Position numbers and translations under genes: made by a program
The notes under the pieces: model-generated
The model's input: only the letters and a program-made list of their open reading frames with translations
Database searches by the model: none
Told to the model about the DNA's origin: nothing
From: a bacterium
GTDB taxonomy: Bacteria > Hinthialibacterota > Hinthialibacteria > Hinthialibacterales > Hinthialibacteraceae
Reading direction: 5' to 3'
DNA: 64,000 nucleotides
Assembly (NCBI GenBank): GCA_963663405.2
Contig: CAXXSM010000130.1
Coordinates: forward strand, 96,001 to 160,000
Part shown: piece after piece, positions 48,860 through 59,781 of the stretch
Numbering within the stretch: the stretch's first letter is position 1
How the letters are laid out: each line of letters begins with the position of its first letter

Positions 48860-51853
48860 TTATTGTTGCGGATTAAGACGAATGATACCGGTCCCCGTCG
48901 ATCGACGCGTTTTCCCCAATATTGTTTTCGCATTAATGATATCTTTCCCTTTTAAGTCAGGCGCCATGAATCGAATGTTTTGATAATTTATGTGAAAATA
49001 AGGAGAGCCAAGGAAGAATACAAAATGGCTTGAACTGATCTGTTGTAAGTATCGGGCGGCTCGTGTTGAATCCTCCATCTGCTGTGGTTCCTGCATAATT
49101 TTATTGAAATATCGATCAATACTGAACGCGGAAATCAACAGCGTAAGAAACACCGTCAAAAAGAATCGCATAGTGGATGGCCATTGTCCTACACGAACAA
49201 TTTGCCGAATCCCCGCATGCAGGATAGGCGCGGCGATGAAAAATAAGAGAGGAACAAGGCCTGTCAATCGTTGATAGGGAGGGGAACTGATTGTCATAGC
49301 GCTCCCCGTGAGTAGTGTTAACACTACCCAGGCTAGAAGCAGCGACGCGGTTGGACGCCAAAAGGCAGCGAGTAAAAAAAGAACACCTGTGGAAAAGAGC
49401 GTAGCGGGAATTGGATCCAACAAGCCTCCATATTTATTATTGACATAGAAGGGACTTTTATCAGGATAGGAAACGGTTGCGATCACTGATTTATTCAATT
49501 GTCTCGCTATGACGGACGTGAGAGGTAGGTTCTCTGGATGTTCTCCGCGGATTAACTTCCGTCCATGCTCGGAAAGAATGCTGACCGTATTCATTCGTGA
49601 GTACGTTTTATCGGGGAAAAAGAAATAATTTCCAACCAATGGAGACGCTGAGATCCAAAAAGATACGATACATAGTATCCCATATTGAAAAGCACGGTTA
49701 AAACGGAGCAGTCGAATGATCCAAGCGAGAAGAATTGAGATGAGTAGCAGCGGAAGTAAGAGTTTCCCCGCTTGATAGGATAAAAAACCCAATCCACTAA
49801 TAAATCCCGCCGCGCAGATATACTGTGTTTTCCCATCTTGTATGGCTTTAACAAAACAGAATAAGACAATGACTGTTAAAAGGGTAGTTTGATTATATCC
49901 TGTACCCAACCGCGAGAAATGGATCATATAGGAAGAACAGACAAACATATACGCCGCGATCGCAGCGGTTGTGGGACGCATGAGACGCTTGCCTAATAAA
50001 TAAAAAAATGGAATCGCAATGATTGTATAGAGAGCCCCGGCTAAGCGTATTCCAGTGATTGTGTCACCAACGATGTACATTACTGAAGCGGGTAAAAGAA
50101 AAAAGAAATTAGGAATATCAAACCAACTGGGAGTGAAAATATTGAAATTTCCCGCGTTTCTTAGTTTGAGCGCGTGTAAGGCCACATTTCCTTCGTCACC
50201 GTTCACATCCGTTGGAATGTAAGCCGCTTGAATGGTATATAAGAATATAGAGGCGATAACAAGGATGAAAACGGCTGAATTGGCGCACGCTTCTGCACTT
50301 GTGTTTTCCGAGTCATTCTCTTCTGTATCTATTAGTGTTTTTTTATCAATTAAAAACGGTAGAGCGAATGAATGTGTGCCAAAACGGATTTCAGTCCATG
50401 AAAATTGATCCAAGGCAGTTCGTGGGGAACACTTGGAAAATAGGCAGTATACACCAACTAACCAAATTCCCATCGGCACATACCAGGGGAGAATGAATCC
50501 GAACGGAGTGGTAGCTTGGTGATAGTATTGCGCCACAGCCGCGGCGATGGGCCAGACCAGCAGGAAGATGAATCGATAAATTGAAAATGGAAATCTTGTG
50601 TTTTCTTCCTTGCTCTTCCATTGTTCTTTCTTATGTATCACTACTTTGGCTTGTCGGTATGATAGTAAAAAGAGGATAAAAACACCCAATGCAAATTCCC
50701 CGTCAGGTTGGTAGGGAGGGGAGGATGCGGTTTTTGCGATTGAACTCGTCAATGCAGATAACAAAATAATAAAAGCAGTTAAAACAATATACCCAACCGC
50801 AATGGTTTTGGATCGGAACGCGCCAAATCCTATTCCAAAAAGCCACAAAAATAATGACACCCCAAACAGAATGAGAGTGACATGGTTCTGGATGAGAGAA
50901 ACTGCGTATGCTATCAGTGATATCTGGCTCTTTGTTGCGGTCTCTTTTTTTGTGACGGAAGGTTGTGAGGCAGGGGGTGGTTGCATTGTGGGGCTGGGAT
51001 GAAACCTATTTTGGATGGCGCAAAGATAGAGGCCGGGAGGATCAAGGAACACGGCTGAACGTATGTAATTTAGATGATTGCGTATTTCTTCTATACCGCC
51101 TTCCGGCGTGATTTGTTTAAGAGATTGGTTGTCACTGTCCGTAAAGAGAACGGCTCCGTTCGGTCGTAATGTCAGTTTCCGAGGATGATTGAGTCCTGTA
51201 TAGGCTTTTATACATTCTCCCTTTGGATTGATGTCAAGGATGCGGTGATGGTCGAAATCCGTGATGAGAGTGTGACCGTTAGAAAGACGCAACGCGTCCA
51301 GCGGTTGTAAAAGATCCTTATCGTACCGCCATACTTCGACTCGATTTTGGGTGATCTCAATCACGGCGCCCGCTGAAGCGTCGCAAACGAGAAGATTACC
51401 ATTCGGCAGCACATCCGCGTCGGTGGGGCCAATAAAGGGGTGAGTGATAATTGTTCTCCTGCCGGTTTGTTGATTGTAGAAAAAAACTTGTTTTCTTTCC
51501 CTTGATGTCAATAAGTATTCATTGGACGTAGGGAGGGCGTCCACATCATTGAGTGGACCAAGCCCGATACGGAAGAGAATGCTCCCGGCGATGTCGTACA
51601 GAAGGAATTCACCCCGCATGGTGACGATCGCGATTTTGTTTTTTGTGGGGAGGATGTCAATATCGGCGGGAACGCCAGGAATGACGATAAACCGTTCTGG
51701 TTCCCCCGTATCGTTGAACAACAAAATACCAGGTTTATCTGGCGTATCCTCCAGAAAAGTGAGAGTATCGGATTGAGTCGATCGGGGGATCAATCCGATG
51801 GATACCGTGATGATGGCGCCGATGAAAACGAATTTCGTTCTATTTTGCCACAT
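48860..51853 (-). CDS. Beta-propeller (NHL-like) fused to GT-C (ArnT/PMT-like) glycosyltransferase
   Basis: P.DA..L.NG..L..D repeats; NGDEG acidic motif; many TMs; C-terminus probably frameshifted. Confidence 0.72.
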   Translation of the reverse strand: MWQNRTKFVFIGAIITVSIGLIPRSTQSDTLTFLEDTPDKPGILLFNDTGEPERFIVIPGVPADIDILPTKNKIAIVTMRGEFLLYDIAGSILFRIGLGPLNDVDALPTSNEYLLTSRERKQVFFYNQQTGRRTIITHPFIGPTDADVLPNGNLLVCDASAGAVIEITQNRVEVWRYDKDLLQPLDALRLSNGHTLITDFDHHRILDINPKGECIKAYTGLNHPRKLTLRPNGAVLFTDSDNQSLKQITPEGGIEEIRNHLNYIRSAVFLDPPGLYLCAIQNRFHPSPTMQPPPASQPSVTKKETATKSQISLIAYAVSLIQNHVTLILFGVSLFLWLFGIGFGAFRSKTIAVGYIVLTAFIILLSALTSSIAKTASSPPYQPDGEFALGVFILFLLSYRQAKVVIHKKEQWKSKEENTRFPFSIYRFIFLLVWPIAAAVAQYYHQATTPFGFILPWYVPMGIWLVGVYCLFSKCSPRTALDQFSWTEIRFGTHSFALPFLIDKKTLIDTEENDSENTSAEACANSAVFILVIASIFLYTIQAAYIPTDVNGDEGNVALHALKLRNAGNFNIFTPSWFDIPNFFFLLPASVMYIVGDTITGIRLAGALYTIIAIPFFYLLGKRLMRPTTAAIAAYMFVCSSYMIHFSRLGTGYNQTTLLTVIVLFCFVKAIQDGKTQYICAAGFISGLGFLSYQAGKLLLPLLLISILLAWIIRLLRFNRAFQYGILCIVSFWISASPLVGNYFFFPDKTYSRMNTVSILSEHGRKLIRGEHPENLPLTSVIARQLNKSVIATVSYPDKSPFYVNNKYGGLLDPIPATLFSTGVLFLLAAFWRPTASLLLAWVVLTLLTGSAMTISSPPYQRLTGLVPLLFFIAAPILHAGIRQIVRVGQWPSTMRFFLTVFLTLLISAFSIDRYFNKIMQEPQQMEDSTRAARYLQQISSSHFVFFLGSPYFHINYQNIRFMAPDLKGKDIINAKTILGKTRRSTGTGIIRLNPQQ

Positions 51854-51873
51854 TTTTACAAATTACACTTACA

Positions 51874-52906
51874 TCAATATAAGGGCAATTTAAAAGCAGC
51901 GATTAAACCGGTTCTCCCAGCGCGAGCGCGTTTTCGCGGATGCGAGCGATATCGGTTGGATCGAGATCGATCGCGCCCGCTTTGGCGTTGTCCAGGGCTT
52001 GTTCTTCCGTGCGAGCTCCGCAGAGGGGCGTGTGTGACTCCTGGCTGGGAGACGGTCCAGGCGAGGATTAATTGAGCCAGGGTGCAATTGTATTTGTCTG
52101 TCAGGTCAGACCAGGACGCGAGCATATCTAATATGCGTTTCCGGTTTTCCAGTTTGAACCAGGGATTCCAGTCGAGATTACTGCGCCATTCTTTTTCACC
52201 GAACGTGCGATCCATGCCGACTTTACCAGTTAAAAGTCCTTGTTCGATCGGCATATACGCGAGCGTGGAGATCTTGTTTTCGATGCAAAATGGAAGGATC
52301 GTTTCCTCAATATTACGGAAGAGGAGGCTGTAGCGGGGTTGATTGGTGTCGACAACGCCGTGCGTTTCATATTCCTTGAGTTCATCGAGGCTGACATTTG
52401 ATACGCCGATTGCTCGGATTTTTCCCGCGTCTTTTAGTTCCATTAAACAGCTCATTGTCTCTTGGATCGGTGTTTTTTCCGGCTCAACCGCGGGCCAGTG
52501 GACTTGGTAGAGATCGATCGTATCGACACCAAGCCGCTCCAGGCTCATCTCCACTTCTTCGCGGATCGTATCCGGGCGCAGGGAGCGGTACATATCGCGG
52601 CCGTCAAACTCACAGAAAAACGAGCCGCGCTGGTCTTTTGTCCAAAGACCGCACTTGGTCGCGATGATGACTTGATCCCGCCTGCCTTGGATGGCTTTTC
52701 CGACGATGCGTTCGCTGCGGCCGAATCCATACGCGGGCGCGGTGTCGATTAGGTTGATCCCCGCGTCGATGGGACGCTTGAATGGCGCGGATCGATTCGC
52801 TGTCGTCTACGTCTTTCCCCCAAACGGTTCCCCCGCCGGTCACCCATGTTCCCAGGCCGATGACAGACGCTTCCAAGCCGGATTTTCCTAATGGACGGTA
52901 TTTCAT
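51874..52906 (-). CDS. Aldo/keto reductase (indels)
   Basis: YRPLGKSG..IGLGTW, DTAPAYG, SLERLGVDTIDLYQVHWP, GKIRAIGVSN. Confidence 0.88.
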
Positions 52907-53015
52907 TGCTTTTCCTTTCTTTTATGTTTCGTTGTGGGAAGAGCTTGTTTCGATTGGATGGTGATGTCAAGGAATGGAGGAATCGGGATCGTGAGGAACG
53001 TTAGTGTTGACCGTT

Positions 53016-56000
53016 CTATTCCGTTGTGAATACGTCCAGCTGATCGATGGTGATCTTGCCAGTTACGCCTGGACCACCCAGTTGTATGACGCAGATGGGG
53101 GGAACGCTTTTTCCGCTTGTTGTGAAATTCCCACCGAGGCGGATGGGGTAAAATTCTTCTTCCGGCAGATGGCTGGCGTGGATGAAATAGCCAACGCTCT
53201 GTTCTCCATCCGTCAAAACCAGGGCAATGGTTCCAGCGGCTCCGCTTGCCCGTTTGATATACACGCTGCTATGAATCATCGCGGGCAATGGTGGAGCGAT
53301 GGAGAAGACAGCGGTATGCGCGGCTAACTGGTTCGGCGCGATCGCCAGTTCCACACCTTGCCCACTCATTCCATTCACAAGGGAGACCGTTCCTGGGACT
53401 TCTCCTTGGGGGAGAAAGGCGTTTGGATTCAATTCACTCATCGGCGGCGCGATCGTGTCGAATGTAGGATCGGCCATCAATGTGAGTGGTGTGATTGTTT
53501 GATCGATGAAGGGCGCAATACGCAGGGAATCGAAATAGATCGTGTATTCGCCCTCCGGCGCGCCGCTGGGAACGACGAATTGCAGCGCGGGGATGATGGC
53601 GCTACTCGGAGAATCGTATACGAGCCGCAGTTCTCCCCACCGGTCAACGGGGACTTCGCTCTTGATTGGATTGACATAACCGTAATCAGTCGAAATCGGA
53701 TCGGCGAAGGCGATTAGGGCCAATTGGGCGAGATCACTATCCACCCGCGCCGCGACGGTGAGTTCCACCAGGGAGCCTTCGATCTGTTCCGGTGTGTCCG
53801 CCAGCAGGAAGACGCCTTGACCGGGACGCAGCGTTACTCTCGTTCCTTCTCCATCGGTCGCTCCAGGATAGGTGTTGTCTATAGGGACCGGGCCGGATTC
53901 AACACTTTGGGCTGGTTCGAATCCTCCGACGGGAAGCGATGTGAAATGGAATTCTTTCGAGATCGGCGTGGGAGCTTGTGTTGGCTCCAATGGATCGACC
54001 GAGTGGTTGAGGAAGAGCAGCATCTCTTCGGAAACGTCATCGAGGAAGACGAAATCTTCACGCCCGTCGTTGTCGATGTCGATCGCTTCGATGCGTAAAT
54101 CGGAGAAGACACCGAATTCCGATGTGGAACGGTCGCTTTCGAATGTGACGACCGAGCTGAATTCTCCCGGCGCCAGCCCACAGACAACGGAGATCTGTTC
54201 GACTCCATAGATGCCCGTTCCCCGGCTGACGTAGATCAGATCAGAAATTCCATCTTTATCCAGATCGGAGATTTCAGTATCGTCGATGATGGCTTGCAAC
54301 TCCATTTTTCCAATGAATACGAAATCCAATTCGTTCTCCGCATTGGTGGAATACAATCGCACGCTTCCATCAAAAGGAACGACGACGAGATCGTCTACGC
54401 CGTCAACGTCCGCGTCTCCTACACGAAACGCGAGCGCGGTGTTGCCCGCCAGGGTGTCGTTTAGTGTAAACTTTTTGAAGATTTGGTATTCCGTCAATGA
54501 GACGGGGGAGAGAAAGATTACAGAATTGCTTTCCAAGGTGAGTAGAATCATCTCGAATATGTGATCGCCGTTGATATCGGCGAGACGTATGGCTTGGATA
54601 ACCCCACCGCTGATGCCGGGAACGGTAACTTTTTCTGGTATCAATTCTGTTTCGTCATCGGATATTGTGTAGCGGAAGATTTCGTTGAAATCGCGGTTGA
54701 ATGATTCTTGAATGAGGAAGATTTCATCCCTTCCGTCGTGATCCGTGTCAACGATCGCGAGCGGCATGTTCTTGCCTTTGATCTTGTTCTCATATACGAC
54801 GTAAAAGGGGGCGGGGAGTTCTGTCTCCAGGCGCTTTTGGAGGTTTTGTTCTGGATCGCTGTCGCCGAGTAGAACAATCGTTTTTTCATTGTAATAGGAC
54901 AGGATGCAGATATCCGTCAAACCGTCCCCGTTTATGTCGCCAGACTCGATAAAATCGCTGGCGGCTCCGATGGGGAGATAGGTTTCAGTGAACTGTCCCG
55001 GTGATTGCGCGTCTGATTCGAGTAGAATCAGCGCGTCTTCCTTCGGGCAGCGCGGTTAGGATATCCACATCATTGTCGTGATTGAAGTCCGCTGCGATGA
55101 ATCCATCCGGCCTGGAATTCAATTGGGTGACGGATGATGGAATCAGCGCAAATTTATTCGTGCATAGATGCACGACCCACGCTGTCGGTGAGGGGGTCGG
55201 TGTGGGGATTGTTGGATCAGTCGTTGGCGCCTGCGTCGGTGTTGGCGTGAAGGTGGGTGTATATGTTCTTGTTGGGGTGTTGCTCGGTGTCAGCGTACGT
55301 GTTGGGGTCGCTGTGGGCGTATTTGTCGGCGCGTCGGGCGGCAAGGGTGTATTGGTTGGTCGCGGCGTTGGTGTAAAGGTAGGGGTTGACGTGTTTGTCG
55401 GAGTTGACGTTGATGTAGACGTGGGTGTGTTTGTCGGTGTCGGCGTATTGGTAACCGTTGGCGTTTCGGTTGGGGTGACCGTTGGGGGAATCGTGGGCGT
55501 TGGCAAGGAAGGCACAATGATTGTGTTTGAAACGGTAAATGGTTCGTTTCGTTGAGATCGCACATTTAAAGAATATTCAAGAGTACCGATAGGATTACCA
55601 GTGGCCAATAGTTTCCATAACAACGTTTCACTATTTTCTACACCGGGTGAAATTGTGCCGATTTCTCTCAGTCCTTCATATCCGGAAACGAATGCAAGCC
55701 CATCTGGCAATTCAAGTTCAGCGATGACATCAAACTCGTCTGCATTTCCATTATTTATAATATTTCCGATTACCTCGAAGGGGACGTAAGCGCCATCTTT
55801 AATAGAGACTTCTTGCGGGCCGGAAAGAGTGGCGGTCAAGTTGTAACTTGTATCGCTATTAATGGTTCCGAGACCATAGTACGCAATCCAGGTTGTTGAT
55901 TCGCCTGTTGATAATGGCTCTTGGTTCCATTGGATATTTACTGCGGAATCAGAGGCGAAACTAACATCCGAAGCGACTTTGTATTCAATTTCGTCCGCGC

Positions 56001-59000
56001 TATTCTTTAAAAATTTATAATAAGCAAGTTGAAATATATCCGATTTTGGCCCGCCGCCAAAACTGACTTCACCCGTTAGGGTTGGATTAGCTAGATCATC
56101 CATGACTTGAACGAAATCGGGGATGGATTCATCTGTCAATTCCAATTCATGCGTAACGCCTCCCCGGTTGGGGATAAAAAACGGCGCGCCGTCGTTGCCT
56201 GCGATCTGCGTATCTAGTATGATACGCATGCCTACATTATGCGTGTCTGTTCCTCGATTGATTGCGGTCCATTTAATCTCAATATTGTCGAATTCTCCCG
56301 ACGTATATCCGCGAGCGAAACGGAGTTCAAGTTGTAGTTCGATATCTCCTTGTCTCCAGGAACCAATGATTAATTCACCGTCGAGAGAAATCGGTTCAAT
56401 GACTTCCCCCGAAAATATAATCAGCGAAATTGGAATATGCGTGATTGTCGATGATTGCCGTTGACCAGTTTGTGTATGGTGATTTTTCATCACCAGGAAA
56501 GAGCAATAACTGCCCATCAAGAGTCGTTAATTTAAACCGGCCCAGTGTATCGACGAGTAACGAGAGGTAGGGATTTGAGATTAAGATTTCCGGTGTGCGC
56601 ACATCGATTTTGTAGGCTCCGGTCCGGTCGGTTCCCGATCCGACGACTTTGATGATGTAAAGTCGGTTTGGTTCCAAATCACGAGTGATTTTCGAGAATG
56701 GATTTTCTCCGATGCCATCATTCAAAGCGATGGGCCAGTTGAGATTATCTTCTTCATATAGATAGACAATCGTGTCCATTAGTGGTTGATCGGTGACTTG
56801 ATGGGTTTCAATGGTGTATTCATCACTGGCGTCAGAGGTGTAAAACTTGTACCACTGTTCTTCACCTCACCCGCTCGATACGTCCTTCCGTGGCGGGCGC
56901 GTTGACGATTATTGTGACGTATGGATCGGGTGTGGGAGTGGGGGTGTCGGCTCCGGGGATGGGAGTATTATCAGGCGCGCCCGGCGTGGGCAGGATTGGT
57001 GTCGGATTCGGCGCTTCGGTGGTGTAGACATTGATATCGTAGTAGCCTGTCCCATTGTTTCCTGCTTCAATCGCTTTGACGTAGTATGCGCTGTTGGGCA
57101 GAAGAGGCAGTGAGATTTTTGAGAAGAAGCCGGTTCCTTTATCGTCATCCGACGCGATTAGATGCGTTTGATTGCCCGGCCCGTAGAGGGAAGATCAATG
57201 TGTCCATGCGGGATTGATCCGCTGTTTGATGCGTTTCAATATGGAAGGCCAGGTCTTGCGTATCGGCTCCTGTATAGAATACGTACCAGTCGTCTTCCCC
57301 CCTCGCTTTCAATATGTCCCGTCTCTTTTGGTCCGTTGACGATCAGCGTCACGATTGTATCCGCGGATGGCGTAGCTGTTGGCTGGCCTGGACGGGGGGT
57401 GTTTGTTGAGGGTGGAATTGTTGATATCACCTTTGTTGGCGTTGGTGTGGGTGGCTCGGAAGAGCGCACGTCGATTGTGTAATGGCCCGTGGGATTGCTG
57501 CCTACGCCAACCACTTTCACGTAATACGCGCTGCTGGGCAGGAGGGATGATGTGAGTATCATGGAAAAACGGCCATCTCCATCATCGTCATCGCTATTGA
57601 ACCAGCTGGTTTGGTTGTTTGGACCATAAAGGGTGATGATTGTGTCGATCCCGGACCATCCGGTTTTTTGGTGCGTTTCGATTGTGAACGTTAAATCGGT
57701 CATATCTTCAAACGTGTCGAATTTATACCAATCCTCTTCACCTGTTGTTGAAAGATCCGCTGGATAGGGGGGATCGTTCACGATTAGCGTGATGATGGGG
57801 ATCGGTGTGACGGAGGGAATGGGGGTGATGGAGGGAATGGGGGTGGCGGTGGGGACTGACGTCACAGAGGGCATTGGTGTAGCCGAGGGTGTTGGTGTTT
57901 CGAATGTTGTCTGTGAAGGAGAAGGAGTTGTTTCACCACCGCTATCACCACCATTATCACCACCATTATCACCACCATTATCACCACCATTATCACCACC
58001 ATTATCTCCACCATTATCTCCACCATTCGAACCGCCGTTAGACGCCGTGGCTACAGGTGTATTTGTCAGTGTATTTGTGGGAGTAAGAGTTGGGGTGTTC
58101 GTTGGCGTTGGCGAGGGTACAGGAGTATTCGATGATGTTGGAGTGGGCGTGGGAGTTGGGGTATTTGTTGGCGTATATGTGGGGGTATATGTGCGTGTTG
58201 GACTGGGGGTGTTCGTTACCGGTTTTGTATTCGTCGGAGTTGGGGTATTGGACGGTGTGTAGGTCGGCGTTGGTGTGGGCTGGGCCGCGGTGCGCACATC
58301 GATCGTATAATCTCCCAATGCGTCGTTTCCAAATTCGATTACTTTTACATAGTAGATTGTGTGTGGTTCCAGATTGCTTGTGTTTATTTTTGAAAATGGG
58401 CGTGTTCCCCCGTCATCATTTGAGGAAATCAGCTGGATTTGATTGTTCGGCCCATAGAGAAAAATAAACGTGTCTGTACTCGTTTGACCCACCGCTTGAT
58501 GGGTTTCGATAACGAGCGAGAACTGATCCGGGTATGATTCCGTGTCAAACCGATACCAGTCTTCCTCGCCATAGGTATTGATTCTTCCAGCGTATGGTGG
58601 ATCGTTCACGATTAGCGTAACGATGGAGTCTGAAGGCGTTGGTGATGGAATCCGCTCTGTCGGGGCCGATGTGGGATTGATCCCGGTTGGACGGGGTGTG
58701 GGTGTGCTTGGGGATTCCGATCGCGCATTGATGTCATAATATCCCGTGTTTCCTTGCAGGTTTATCACTTTGACGTAATACGTGGAATTGGCTTTGAGAT
58801 TGTTGACTCTGATTTTTGAAAATAAATCCACACCGCTGTTATTATCAAATTGAACTAAGGAAGATTGGCTGTTTGGCCCATACAGATAGATCAATGTGTC
58901 GAACGAATCTTGATTGGCAGTTTGATGAGTTTCGATGATGTAGGTTAAATCGGTGGAACTTGTATCGAACTTGTACCAATCGATTTCTCCTGCGCTTTCA

Positions 59001-59560
59001 ATCCATCCATGTTCGGTGGGGCCATCCACAATTAATGTAACAATCGGCTTTGGAGTGGATGTGGGAGTAAGGGTCGGATAAGAAATTGTTGGCATTGGCG
59101 TGGGGGAGGGTTTGATGCCGGTTTTCACATTGATTGTGTATTCCCCCGTTAGTTTTCCTTCTACTTTTATATAGTACGTGCGATTCGCTTCGAGGGTCAG
59201 AGCGATTTGGGATAATGTTCCTGCGCCTCCGTCGTCATTCGACACAATTATTTTTGTCCAATCATCCGGGCCATAGAGTGTGATGACGGTGTCGATTGTG
59301 GTCTGGCTGGACGAGGGGTGGGTTTCGATGATGATATAACTCTTGATCGAGGGAGTCTGGAACCGCCACCAATCTTCTTCCCCCTTGTCCGTGATTCGGC
59401 TGGTCTCGGAATTCCCGCCGACTGAGATATCCAAGATTTTCCCTGGTGTTTGAGCGCTGGCCGTATGGGTATACAGAAATCCACCGCATAGTGAGAGTAT
59501 GAGACACAACAAAGGAAGCAGTTTCTTTTTCACGCGAGTTGACTCCATCAGACAGGTCAT
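53016..59560 (-). CDS. Giant secreted modular surface protein (about 6 PPC-like repeats, Thr-Pro linkers, FG-GAP/VCBS repeats), fragmented by indels
   Basis: Signal peptide; DWY[KR]F.T..IETHQ..DT..LYGP repeats; DxDxDG motifs; fragments 57236-59560, 56396-56779, 54985-56520 and 53016-54920 are collinear. Confidence 0.7.
57944..58027. repeat. 12-bp tandem repeat x7 encoding (NGGD)7
   Basis: ATCACCACCATT x5 plus ATCTCCACCATT x2. Confidence 0.95.
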
Positions 59561-59781
59561 CCATTCGTTTTCCGCATGAGGAACTATAACACGTTTTTAA
59601 ACAGGTCAAAACCCGTTTTTCCAAATGGCCTGACGACGTTTTTTGGGGTTTTAAAAATAACGTCAAACACTCGATCCTTCAAACATGTTCTCTCGAACCG
59701 CCTAGACATCGAGTACATTTTTCTTATGATATCTTCGAACTGGAGAAATCATCTATGCGCGTCTTCAACAAGGAGATACTA

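Noticed and set aside
21970-57300. Numerous frameshifts read as pseudogenes, programmed recoding, phase variation or an alternative genetic code
   Set aside because: They hit unrelated genes with intact motifs, often at homopolymers, with several per gene and no consistent stop-codon reassignment. This fits low-coverage long-read error; raw reads are needed to settle it.
57944-58027. Possible CRISPR array
   Set aside because: Contiguous 12-bp coding repeat with no spacers and no cas genes.
55082-58262. Val/Gly-rich + strand ORFs (55082-55555, 57789-58262)
   Set aside because: Antisense reading of Thr-Pro and NGGD linkers.
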